NCBI GenBank assembly: GCA_050948665.1
Contig: JBMNEH010000001.1
Coordinates: forward strand, 1,723,813-1,787,812
DNA: 64,000 bases
Direction of reading: 5' to 3'
Origin: Christensenellales bacterium
GTDB lineage: Bacteria; Bacillota; Clostridia; Christensenellales; UMGS416
Under the pieces are notes generated by a model that worked only from the letters and a program-made list of their open reading frames with translations, made no database searches and was not told the origin of the DNA. Position 1 is the first letter of the stretch. Each line of letters begins with the position of its first letter. A program made the translations under genes and the position numbers. Shown in pieces: positions 36,571 through 45,445 of this stretch.

Positions 36571-37675
36571 CTGTGTACAAACGAGGGACCCGTTTTCCAA
36601 TACAGGTCACTACCTCGTAGGAATTGGTGTCCATCCATTCTGCCATCAAATCCGCGGAAATGGACCCCTCCCCGTCTCTGCCCAGCAATATAACCTCGTC
36701 CAACCGGGCAACACCGGGAATATCTGTTACATCGCACATGCATTGATCCATACAAATACGTCCGACAATCGGGGCCTTATACCCATGGATCAGCACATGC
36801 CCCTTACCGGACAAACTGCGGCGGTATCCGTCCGCATATCCCACTGGCAGCGTTGCCACCAACATGTTCTTCGGCGCAGTAAAGGTACAACCGTATCCAA
36901 TGGCTTCCCCCGCTGCCACAGGCTTTATATATGCCACCTGGGTTAACCAACGAAGGGCCGGGCGAAGGGTATGTAACGCCGCCTCTCCGGAGGGGCTGAT
37001 GCCGTATTGGACAATACCGAGCCGCAGCCATCCGTATGGAGTCGGATCTCTCTCCAATGCCAATGCAGAGTTAGCCAGATGCGTATCCAACCCAGTGTAA
37101 CCCCGGGCTGCAATTTGCGCTAAGCCTGCACGGAACAACGTATCCTGGTGCCGGTTATACGCTCCTCCCGGCTGTTCAGCATTGGCAAGGTGGCTGAATA
37201 CACCCACAAGGTGAATATGTTGTGCTTCATCCAAGGCATCCAGCAAATGCTCCATCTCCGGACCGGGACGCGCGCCCAAACGATGCATTCCTGTCTCAAT
37301 TTTTATATGCGCTTTAGCTTTCTTGCGTTGGTGAGCAGCTGCCGCGTCCAAGGCGTGGACTCCTTCCGGATCATATACTGTCTGCGTCAAATCGTACCGT
37401 ACCACTTCATCATCACCATCATCTGGAGTCGCGCCCAGTATCAAGACTGGCGCTGTTATACCAGCTTCTCGGAGCGCAACGCCCTCCTCCACAAAAGCTA
37501 CCGCCAGCATCCCCGCCCCAGCGGACAGAGCCGCTGTAGCCACAGGCACCATACCATGTCCGTAAGCGTCCGCTTTTACAACGGAGATTACTCCGGCTTC
37601 CGGATGCAGCCGCAAAATTTCTCGTATATTATGTCGGATGGCGGCTAAATCCACCACCACCTTGGTCGCTTTCAA
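36551..37675 (-). CDS. alr: Alanine racemase
   Basis: (M)KATKVVVDLAAIRHNI..., VVKADAYGHG (PLP lysine). TTG 37675 lies 6 nt after AAGGAGG. An 80-codon stop-free extension lies upstream (see findings). Confidence 0.86.
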   Translation of the reverse strand: MKATKVVVDLAAIRHNIREILRLHPEAGVISVVKADAYGHGMVPVATAALSAGAGMLAVAFVEEGVALREAGITAPVLILGATPDDGDDEVVRYDLTQTVYDPEGVHALDAAAAHQRKKAKAHIKIETGMHRLGARPGPEMEHLLDALDEAQHIHLVGVFSHLANAEQPGGAYNRHQDTLFRAGLAQIAARGYTGLDTHLANSALALERDPTPYGWLRLGIVQYGISPSGEAALHTLRPALRWLTQVAYIKPVAAGEAIGYGCTFTAPKNMLVATLPVGYADGYRRSLSGKGHVLIHGYKAPIVGRICMDQCMCDVTDIPGVARLDEVILLGRDGEGSISADLMAEWMDTNSYEVVTCIGKRVPRLYTDESRES

Positions 37676-37895
37676 ATCCTGCCTCCTTATCCCAACGTCG
37701 CCGCCCGCTTCCCGGATCAAACCTTGATATTCTTCTCCATGGAAAGTTCCGATGCCTTTGACGGTTAGTCCGTCCCAATACCGGAACCGGCAAGCTTCCC
37801 GCCATATGCGCTCCGCTACGACGTCGAGGCTTATCAAGATAAACCCATTTAAAAAGTTGTTTTCAAATACTATTCCTGGCTCAAGCCCTGTTGTG

Positions 37896-38474
37896 TCAGG
37901 TCTGTTCCCATCCAAGCAAAAAGGCTTTCTCGTTTATTTCCTGCGTTTTAGGCGGAACACATGCAACTACTGCCTCCAGCCACAGGGTTTTATCTCCCTC
38001 CATCCGGCGGGCAAGGCAACCCATCATCACGGTATTCACTGCCCTGGCTGTGCCGGCTTTCATCGCCAACACAAGAGCGTCCACCGGATGAACGGAAATC
38101 TGCCGGCTCTCAAGCTGCCCTAGTATGTTCTCAGGGTAAGCAGCCGCGCCGGTTATCACAGGCATAGACACTATCTTCTGAGTATTGACCACCACAGTGC
38201 CGCCCGCCTTCATATACTCCACATGTCGCAGGGCTTCCAATTGTTCAAAAGACAACATATAATCCGCCCCGCCCTTCTCTATCAGAGGGGAGTAGACCTT
38301 CTCCCCCATGGAGACATAGGTAACAACGCTTCCTCCCCGCTGAGACATACCATGAACCTCAGAGACCTTGACGTCCAGTCCGGAAAACTGCGCTACCTTC
38401 CCCAAAACACGGCTTGTAAGCAATGTTCCCTGTCCACCGACACCGGTGATGAGTATCCTTTTCATCTCTCTCAT
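37896..38474 (-). CDS. iorB: Indolepyruvate:ferredoxin oxidoreductase subunit beta
   Basis: ITGVGGQGTLL motif, 192 aa. ATGA overlap with iorA. Confidence 0.86.
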   Translation of the reverse strand: MREMKRILITGVGGQGTLLTSRVLGKVAQFSGLDVKVSEVHGMSQRGGSVVTYVSMGEKVYSPLIEKGGADYMLSFEQLEALRHVEYMKAGGTVVVNTQKIVSMPVITGAAAYPENILGQLESRQISVHPVDALVLAMKAGTARAVNTVMMGCLARRMEGDKTLWLEAVVACVPPKTQEINEKAFLLGWEQT

Positions 38475-40204
38475 GCCTCCCCTTTGATCGCGCCCTTAGG
38501 GCACAAGTCCGTACATAGACCGCATCCGACACAAAGGGTCGCATCCACCATCATGCCCTCTGCTGTTTTGAGAATCGCCGGGCAGCCCAAACCCATGCAC
38601 ACGCTACAACGTACACAAGCATCGGAGATAGTGACGAGCTTTCGTTTCTGTTTGGCAACCTGAGGAAGCAGTGCACAGGGGCGGCGGAAAACAATCACCG
38701 AAACGCCTTCATACGCCAAGGCCTCCTTCATGCAGGCCATACTCCCTTTCAGGTCAAAAGGATCGATCACATGCACATCCTCCACTCCCAAGGACCGGCA
38801 AAGGTCCTCAAGGCAGATTGCCGAAGCAGGTCGGCCGTAGATATCGAAACCCGAAGTAGGGTTCTGCTGATGACCCGTCATGCCGGTAATGGAATTATCC
38901 AATATCGCCACATTGATATTCCCGCCGTTGTACACCGCGTCCGCCAACGCCGTCATACCTGAATGGAGAAATGTAGAATCACCGATGACAGCTACGGTTT
39001 TGCGGGATATTTCGCGGCCCAGCGCCTTCTCCATCCCCATCGCCATGCCGATGGAGGCGCCCATGCAGAGGCAGGCATCCATTGCCGAGAGAGGCGCCAA
39101 TGCCCCCAATGTATAGCAACCGATGTCCCCCAGTACCGTAATCCCCAGCCTACGAAAGGTATAGAATACCCCCCGATGAGGACAGCCGGGACAAAGCACA
39201 GGCGGACGGCCGGGCAAGTTTTCCGCCGGAGCAATTACAACCGTTTCCGGACCGCCCAAAGCACGGGCAAGCATAGTGGAGGAGTACTCCCCCTGCAAGG
39301 TGAACAATTCTTTTCCCTCGCATTTTATTCCAGCGGCTGCCAGTTGATCCTGAATAAAGGGCTCCAACTCCTCCGCCACAACCATCCTTTTCACAGCTCC
39401 GGCAAAGGAACGGATGATTTCCATGGGAAGGGGATATACCATTCCCAAAATCAAATGGCTGGCTTCCGGCAATGCTTCTCTGGCATACTGAGCTGTAATC
39501 CCGGAAGAAATGATACCGAGCTCGGTGCTGCCCATATGCAAGTGTGTAAAGGGAAGATTGCTCACCTGCTCGGCTAATCTCTTCTCCCTTTCCTCTACTG
39601 CATGGTGACGAGTGATTGCCATTGCCGGCATCATTACATTCTTGGTAACATTTTTTTGATAAGGTTTCACAGGGGGAACCGCCCTGCCTCCTACCTCCAC
39701 GAAAGAACGGGAATGGGCAATACGCGTTGTTAGCCGCAGCATTACCGGAGTATCATAAGCCTCGCTTAGCGCAAAAGCATAACGGGTATAATCCAAACAC
39801 TGCTGGCTATCCGCCGGCTCAAGCATCGGGATGTGGGCAGCTCGTGCATAATAACGGCTGTCCTGCTCGTTCTGAGAGGAATGCATCCCGGGATCGTCTG
39901 CTACGACGATCACCATCCCGCCATTCACGCCTGTATATGCGGAAGTAAACATAGGATCTGCCGCCACATTCATCCCTACGTGCTTCATACAGGTCATGGA
40001 ACGTACTCCGGCTAAGGATGCGCCGAAAGCAACCTCCATCGCTACCTTCTCATTGGTAGCCCACTGCGCTTTAATTTCAGGATACTTAGCGATCTCTTCG
40101 GTAATCTCCGTGCTGGGTGTACCGGGATAACTGGCGCAGACCGATACACCTGCCTGCCAGGCGCCCCGCGCAACCGCCTGATTCCCTAACAATAACTCTT
40201 TCAT
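38471..40204 (-). CDS. iorA: Indolepyruvate:ferredoxin oxidoreductase subunit alpha
   Basis: TPP-binding domain, GDSTFLHSG, C-terminal 2x[4Fe-4S] (CVRCSVCMGLGCP, CVGCGLCTDLCP). ATG 40204 follows GAGGAG. Confidence 0.9.
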   Translation of the reverse strand: MKELLLGNQAVARGAWQAGVSVCASYPGTPSTEITEEIAKYPEIKAQWATNEKVAMEVAFGASLAGVRSMTCMKHVGMNVAADPMFTSAYTGVNGGMVIVVADDPGMHSSQNEQDSRYYARAAHIPMLEPADSQQCLDYTRYAFALSEAYDTPVMLRLTTRIAHSRSFVEVGGRAVPPVKPYQKNVTKNVMMPAMAITRHHAVEEREKRLAEQVSNLPFTHLHMGSTELGIISSGITAQYAREALPEASHLILGMVYPLPMEIIRSFAGAVKRMVVAEELEPFIQDQLAAAGIKCEGKELFTLQGEYSSTMLARALGGPETVVIAPAENLPGRPPVLCPGCPHRGVFYTFRRLGITVLGDIGCYTLGALAPLSAMDACLCMGASIGMAMGMEKALGREISRKTVAVIGDSTFLHSGMTALADAVYNGGNINVAILDNSITGMTGHQQNPTSGFDIYGRPASAICLEDLCRSLGVEDVHVIDPFDLKGSMACMKEALAYEGVSVIVFRRPCALLPQVAKQKRKLVTISDACVRCSVCMGLGCPAILKTAEGMMVDATLCVGCGLCTDLCPKGAIKGEA

Positions 40205-40446
40205 CCTATCTCCTCGCAATATCCGATGCGGATATTGTATTGCCCCCTTCTACCGTACTGCACCGTGCCCTCACGGATACGGTATCATAGAAGTATACAC
40301 CGAAACCCCCTGCATTTCAAGAACCAGAATCTCCTGTTCTATCCGGAATGACCTTATTCGGAGAATAAAACCGACATTTTCTATTGCATATTGTAAGGTA
40401 TATGTAATATAATAAAGCAGTGTTTTTACACAGAGAGGAGTTTTCT

Positions 40447-41703
40447 ATGGCAGATCATCATACCATCTATACATATGTTCGTGATTTATATGCCCAATAC
40501 GGTGTGGACACCGAGACAGCCATCTCACTGCTCGGGGAAACGCCTCTTTCCATCCATTGTTGGCAGGGAGATGATGTGACCGGATTTGAGGGCGGCGGCG
40601 CACTTACCGGAGGTATCGCCGTTACCGGTAATTATCCCGGTAAGGCACGGAATCCGCAGGAACTCATGGATGATTTTTCTCAGGTGCTCTCTCTTGTTCC
40701 CGGAAAGAAAAGATTGAATCTGCATGCCAGTTATGCCATCACCCGTGGAGAGAGCATAAGCCGCAATCAACTGACCCCCGACCACTTTTCTGACTGGATG
40801 GACTATGCGAAAGCACAGTCCGTTGGTCTGGATTTTAACCCTACCTTTTTCTCTCATCCTTTAAGCGGAGACGGGATGACGCTCACCCATCCTGATGAGG
40901 GGATTCGTTCCTATTGGATAGAGCATGCCAAGGCCTGCCGTTCCATCGGCGCCGCCATGGGAAAAGCATTGGGCTCCCCCTGCACAACGAATGTCTGGAT
41001 TCCCGATGGCTCCAAAGACGATCTTGTCAGCCGCGCAGAAGCCCGTTTGCGGCTGAAGGATTCGCTGGACCAAGCGTTTTCACAGCAGTATGACAAAGAA
41101 TGCCTCCTGGATGCCGTAGAAAGCAAGCTCTTCGGTATCGGCTTGGAAAGCTTTACAGCCGGAAGTCAAGAGTTCTATCTTGCCTATGCTGTGGCCCGCC
41201 AGATCCTCCTTACGATGGATATCGGTCATTTCCATCCCACAGAGACAGTATCCGACAAACTCTCCGCCGTTGCCCCGTTTGTACCCGGTATATTGCTGCA
41301 CCTTTCCCGGCCGGTACGCTGGGACAGCGACCATGTCATCGTGCTGGATAATGAGCTGCTGGCTGTGATGCGTGAACTGGTTCGCGGAAATTTACTGTCC
41401 TCCACTCACATCGCGCTGGATTATTTCGACGCTTCGATCAACCGAGTCGTGGCGTGGGTCATCGGTGCGCGAAATGCCGGTAAAGCTCTGTTGAACGCAT
41501 TATTAGAACCGGTTGCGCAGCTGCGCATTCTGGAGTCCGAGGGAGATTTCTCCGCCCGCTTGGCATTGATGGAAGAGAGCAAAACCCTTCCCTGGGGTAT
41601 TGTTTGGGAGGAATATTGCGCGCGGCAGAACATTCCGGGAGAAAGGGAATGGCCGACCGAGGTTCGCCGGTATCAGGAGGATGTGTTAAGTCGACGCATA
41701 TAA
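40447..41703 (+). CDS. rhaA: L-rhamnose isomerase family protein
   Basis: LSIHCWQGDDV..., NLHA, and the DxGHF and WDSDH regions typical of RhaA. ATG follows GAGAGGAG. TTGCAT-18 nt-TATAAT lies upstream. Confidence 0.8.
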   Translation: MADHHTIYTYVRDLYAQYGVDTETAISLLGETPLSIHCWQGDDVTGFEGGGALTGGIAVTGNYPGKARNPQELMDDFSQVLSLVPGKKRLNLHASYAITRGESISRNQLTPDHFSDWMDYAKAQSVGLDFNPTFFSHPLSGDGMTLTHPDEGIRSYWIEHAKACRSIGAAMGKALGSPCTTNVWIPDGSKDDLVSRAEARLRLKDSLDQAFSQQYDKECLLDAVESKLFGIGLESFTAGSQEFYLAYAVARQILLTMDIGHFHPTETVSDKLSAVAPFVPGILLHLSRPVRWDSDHVIVLDNELLAVMRELVRGNLLSSTHIALDYFDASINRVVAWVIGARNAGKALLNALLEPVAQLRILESEGDFSARLALMEESKTLPWGIVWEEYCARQNIPGEREWPTEVRRYQEDVLSRRI

Positions 41704-41729
41704 TCACTATTGCGGAAGGAAAGAAACCA

Positions 41730-42617
41730 ATGATACTCTGCATTGTAAACCCTACCGCCGGACACGGACGAACAGGTAAGGTTTTTGAGAAAAACAGGAA
41801 TGTCTGGCAGGAGCAATACCCGGATTGGACTTTTGTCACCACGAAATACGCCGGTCATGGCACGGAGCTTTCCAAAGAAGCGGTAAGCGACGGCACGGAA
41901 ATGGTGGTGGCAATGGGGGGAGATGGTACCGTGCAGGAGGTAGCCAGGAGTTTGTACGGGAAGAGGGTGCCGCTGGGCATCATTCCCACTGGCACCGGTA
42001 ACGATTATATAAAAGCGTTCCTGGACAAAAAGAAAGTCCAAGAAATGGAACGAAATCCTTGTTTGGCAATTCGACACATAAATGCTGCCTCTGTTCAACA
42101 GGCGGATGTAGGCCTGTGTAACGGCTCTCTTTTTTTGAATCTGGGAGGCTGTGGTTTTGATACCGAGACCATCCTCTGTACCGAAAGAGTAAAAAACCTC
42201 GGTTTTAGGGGTTTTGCCGCCTACCTGGTTGCCTTACTCGCATGTATCTTCACCCATAAGGATATCAGCGCCAGAATCATCGTTGACGGTGAAGAGCGTG
42301 AAGCCAAATTTATGATGCTTACGATATCCAATGGAAAATATATGGGCGGAGGTTTCTTGGTTTCTCCTGACTCCGTTATAGATGACGGATTGTTTGACTG
42401 TTCTCTTCTACATCCTATTTCGAAGATCATGATCCCCATCCTCCTTCCCCGATTTATTAAAGGGGAAGGGAAAAAACTGAAGCCGATGGAGACTTTCCGT
42501 TGTAAGCGTATCACAATTTGTTGCCCCGATTTGTATTATGAAATGGACGGAGAGGTGTTCCGGGGCGATATGGTAACCTACGAAATCGCTCCCGAGAAAC
42601 TTTTGGTGAGAGTATAG
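41730..42617 (+). CDS. Diacylglycerol/lipid kinase family protein (YegS/DagK-like)
   Basis: MILCIVNPTAGHGRTGK..., AMGGDGTVQEV, PTGTGNDY. Confidence 0.85.
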   Translation: MILCIVNPTAGHGRTGKVFEKNRNVWQEQYPDWTFVTTKYAGHGTELSKEAVSDGTEMVVAMGGDGTVQEVARSLYGKRVPLGIIPTGTGNDYIKAFLDKKKVQEMERNPCLAIRHINAASVQQADVGLCNGSLFLNLGGCGFDTETILCTERVKNLGFRGFAAYLVALLACIFTHKDISARIIVDGEEREAKFMMLTISNGKYMGGGFLVSPDSVIDDGLFDCSLLHPISKIMIPILLPRFIKGEGKKLKPMETFRCKRITICCPDLYYEMDGEVFRGDMVTYEIAPEKLLVRV

Positions 42618-42697
42618 GGCTTCTTCTTTTTCTATTAGGCAACCTTGATTTAAAGCAGATACTCCTTTTCTACTGTTCCCGATAACGCATATCGCAA

Positions 42698-42741
42698 ATA
42701 CGGCGCTTATTCGAGAGAATAAGCGCCGTATTATTGTTTTT
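42698..42741. terminator. Bidirectional terminator between convergent genes
   Basis: Perfect 15-bp stem ATACGGCGCTTATTC GAGA GAATAAGCGCCGTAT, followed by TATTGTTTTT. Confidence 0.7.
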
Positions 42742-42750
42742 ATACAGGAA

Positions 42751-43752
42751 CTAATTTCTGACAGCTTCTTCCACCGCTACAGCACAGGACACTGTTGCAC
42801 CGACCATAGGATTGTTCCCCATGCCGATAAGACCCATCATTTCCACATGTGCGGGCACAGAGGAGGATCCGGCAAATTGCGCATCGCCGTGCATACGACC
42901 CAATGTATCGGTCATACCATAGGAAGCGGGTCCGGCAGCCATGTTATCGGGATGCAGCGTGCGGCCAGTGCCGCCGCCAGAGGCCACGGAGAAGTACTGC
43001 TTATTATTTTCATAACTCCACTTCTTATAGGTGCCGGCTACAGGATGCTGGAACCGGGTGGGGTTAGTGGAGTTTCCGGTGATAGAAACGTCAACTCCCT
43101 CCAGAATCATAATGGCTACTCCCTCATTGACGCTGTCACAGCCATAGCTCTTTACCTTTGCATTCTCGCCGTCGGAATACGCGATTTCACGAACTACTTT
43201 CACGGTTTCGCTAGCATAGTCAAACTCCGTCTGTACATAAGTGAAGCCGTTGAGGCGGGCGATAATCAGGGCAGCATCTTTACCGAGACCGTTCAAAATG
43301 ACCCTGAGGGGCTCTTTGCGCACCCTGTTGGCAGATCGGGCGATACCGATAGCACCCTCTGCGGCAGCAAAAGACTCGTGCCCAGCCAGAAAGCAGAAAC
43401 ACTTCGTCTCATCCCGAAGTAACATGGCAGCCAGTTTACCATGGCCTAGTCCTACCTTTCGGTTCTCTGCGACAGAACCCGGGATACAGAAAGCTTGCAG
43501 CGCTTCGCCGATGCACTCTGCAGCTTCGGCAGCGGTCTTTACACCCTTCTTCAGAGCAATCGCCACACCGAAGGTGTAGGCCCACACAGCGTTCTCAAAG
43601 GCGATTGGCTGAACATTCCGAACAATGGGGTCGGCGTCCACACCTTTTGAAAGGGCATATTCTCGCGCCTCGTCCAAATCTTTAAAACCATACTTTGCCA
43701 GAGCGACGTTGATTTTCTCGATCCTGCGTTCATAACTTTCAAATTTTGCCAT
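42751..43752 (-). CDS. GGGtGRT family protein
   Basis: Literal GGGTGRT heptapeptide encoded at 42978-42958. ATG 43752 follows AAGGAGGAA. Confidence 0.85.
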   Translation of the reverse strand: MAKFESYERRIEKINVALAKYGFKDLDEAREYALSKGVDADPIVRNVQPIAFENAVWAYTFGVAIALKKGVKTAAEAAECIGEALQAFCIPGSVAENRKVGLGHGKLAAMLLRDETKCFCFLAGHESFAAAEGAIGIARSANRVRKEPLRVILNGLGKDAALIIARLNGFTYVQTEFDYASETVKVVREIAYSDGENAKVKSYGCDSVNEGVAIMILEGVDVSITGNSTNPTRFQHPVAGTYKKWSYENNKQYFSVASGGGTGRTLHPDNMAAGPASYGMTDTLGRMHGDAQFAGSSSVPAHVEMMGLIGMGNNPMVGATVSCAVAVEEAVRN

Positions 43753-43765
43753 TGGCCGTTCCTCC

Positions 43766-44458
43766 TTACTCCTTTCGGGGGTCGATGACCTTGACGGCCT
43801 CGTCAAAGCGACCGTAGGTGCCCACATTTTTCTCATAGGCGGTGGCGGGATCCACGCCTTTACGGATATCTTCCATCATCCTGCCCAAGTGGACAAAACG
43901 GTAGCCGATGATCTGATCGTCTTTATCCAGAGCAATGTTCAGCACATATCCCTCAGTCATTTCAAGATAGCGGGGGCCTTTGGCCAAAGTACCGTACATA
44001 GTGCCGATCTGGCTGCGAAGACCTTTGCCTAAATCCTCCAGGCCGCCACCGATAGGCAAGCCTCCCTCGGAGAAAGCTGACTGGGTACGGCCATAGGCAA
44101 TCTGCAGAAACAATTCCCGCATAGCGGTGTTAATAGCATCGCAAACAAGGTCGGTATTCAAAGCTTCAAGAATGGTCTTCCCGGGCAATATCTCTGCGGC
44201 CATTGCGGCGGAATGGGTCATACCGGAGCAGCCTAATGTTTCCACCAACGCTTCCTGAATGATGCCTTCCTTTACATTTAACGTCAGCTTACAGGCGCCC
44301 TGCTGAGGCGCACACCAACCAACTCCGTGGGTTAAACCGGAAATATCGGTAATCTGCGTGGATTTTACCCATTTCCCCTCCTCGGGTATGGGGGCGGGAC
44401 CGTGATTTGCTCCCCTGGCAACACAAGTCATCTCCGCAACTTCCCTGGAATACTGCAT
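43766..44458 (-). CDS. IscU/NifU-N-like protein, partner of the GGGtGRT protein
   Basis: WCAPQQGAC...LGCSGMTHSAAMAAEILPGKTILEA resembles the IscU scaffold core. ATG 44458 follows GAAGGAGG. Confidence 0.7.
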   Translation of the reverse strand: MQYSREVAEMTCVARGANHGPAPIPEEGKWVKSTQITDISGLTHGVGWCAPQQGACKLTLNVKEGIIQEALVETLGCSGMTHSAAMAAEILPGKTILEALNTDLVCDAINTAMRELFLQIAYGRTQSAFSEGGLPIGGGLEDLGKGLRSQIGTMYGTLAKGPRYLEMTEGYVLNIALDKDDQIIGYRFVHLGRMMEDIRKGVDPATAYEKNVGTYGRFDEAVKVIDPRKE

Positions 44459-44598
44459 ATAAATAACCTCCTTCGTTGCGTCCTGCTCTATGAGCGTACT
44501 ATAAAAGTATAGCATAGACAATGGTTTTTGTCCATAAATAACTCCGCCGGAAATCACGCGAAAAACAAACCCTAAGGCCGAGATTGCCGTGCTGCTGA

Positions 44599-45420
44599 TT
44601 ATCGGAGTTTTGTTGGATCATAGCTGATACGCACATCGTTTACCGTGATAAAAGTGCGCCTTCCAAAGACATCTGCATCCATTTCCTCTCCCCGTAAAGT
44701 ACCGTTCAACAACCCCTTGCAGATAAAAACACAGGTGTTCAACACCTCTGGCCCCTCACTGACCGCCGTTGTCAGATTACCTCCCCATCCCAAGTGCCCT
44801 GTGAAATTCCTGTCAAACTCCCCGGTATGGGACTTCACATTGAGCAACCCCTCCAGAGCAACCTCAACCGAGCAAGACAATATTCCCAGGTTCCGGTTTG
44901 CCGCATCCCCAGTGAATACGATCCGGGAGGCATGATCTACAAACACGCATGCGCCAGGTGTATGGCCAGGGGCATGATGTACGGTTACCATCCTTCCGCC
45001 AAGGTTGAAGACATGTCCCTCCTCCATGGGCAGCAGTCGTGGTTTCTTTTCCCACGGAAGAACCTCCTCAGGAACAGCAAAGCATTGCCATTGGTCGTTC
45101 GAAAGCATTCCTGTAATATACCGAGAAATGGACTGCGGGTTAAACTTTTCTACCGCAACAAAATCCGAAGAGTGAACATAAGCCTCATCAAACTGCCCCA
45201 AGCCGCCGATATGGTCACCGTGAGCGTGAGTAATTGCCACCGTCAAAGGCAAATCCGTAATGCCACGGACAAATCCTGCCAGGTCGTAATTCCCGCAGGC
45301 AGTATCGATCAACAGGGCCTTTTCTTCGCCTATAAGCAAAGCGGGAGATTGCAAACCAAAGCAGTTGATCATATAGGTTTTGTAGGAAACCTCATGCAGT
45401 GTAGGAACGGAAATACTCAT
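44599..45420 (-). CDS. MBL-fold metallo-hydrolase
   Basis: ITHAHGDHIGG motif and a later HAPGHTPG motif. Confidence 0.85.
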   Translation of the reverse strand: MSISVPTLHEVSYKTYMINCFGLQSPALLIGEEKALLIDTACGNYDLAGFVRGITDLPLTVAITHAHGDHIGGLGQFDEAYVHSSDFVAVEKFNPQSISRYITGMLSNDQWQCFAVPEEVLPWEKKPRLLPMEEGHVFNLGGRMVTVHHAPGHTPGACVFVDHASRIVFTGDAANRNLGILSCSVEVALEGLLNVKSHTGEFDRNFTGHLGWGGNLTTAVSEGPEVLNTCVFICKGLLNGTLRGEEMDADVFGRRTFITVNDVRISYDPTKLR

Positions 45421-45445
45421 GATGCTCTCTCCCTTTTTATCTCAA

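Noticed and set aside
37676-37895. A THF or other known riboswitch upstream of the alr and 5-formyl-THF cyclo-ligase genes
   Set aside because: Comparison by eye with the THF-I aptamer sequence I remember showed only scattered short similarities. I found no T-box, glycine or other recognisable core. It is kept only as an unexplained leader in the findings.
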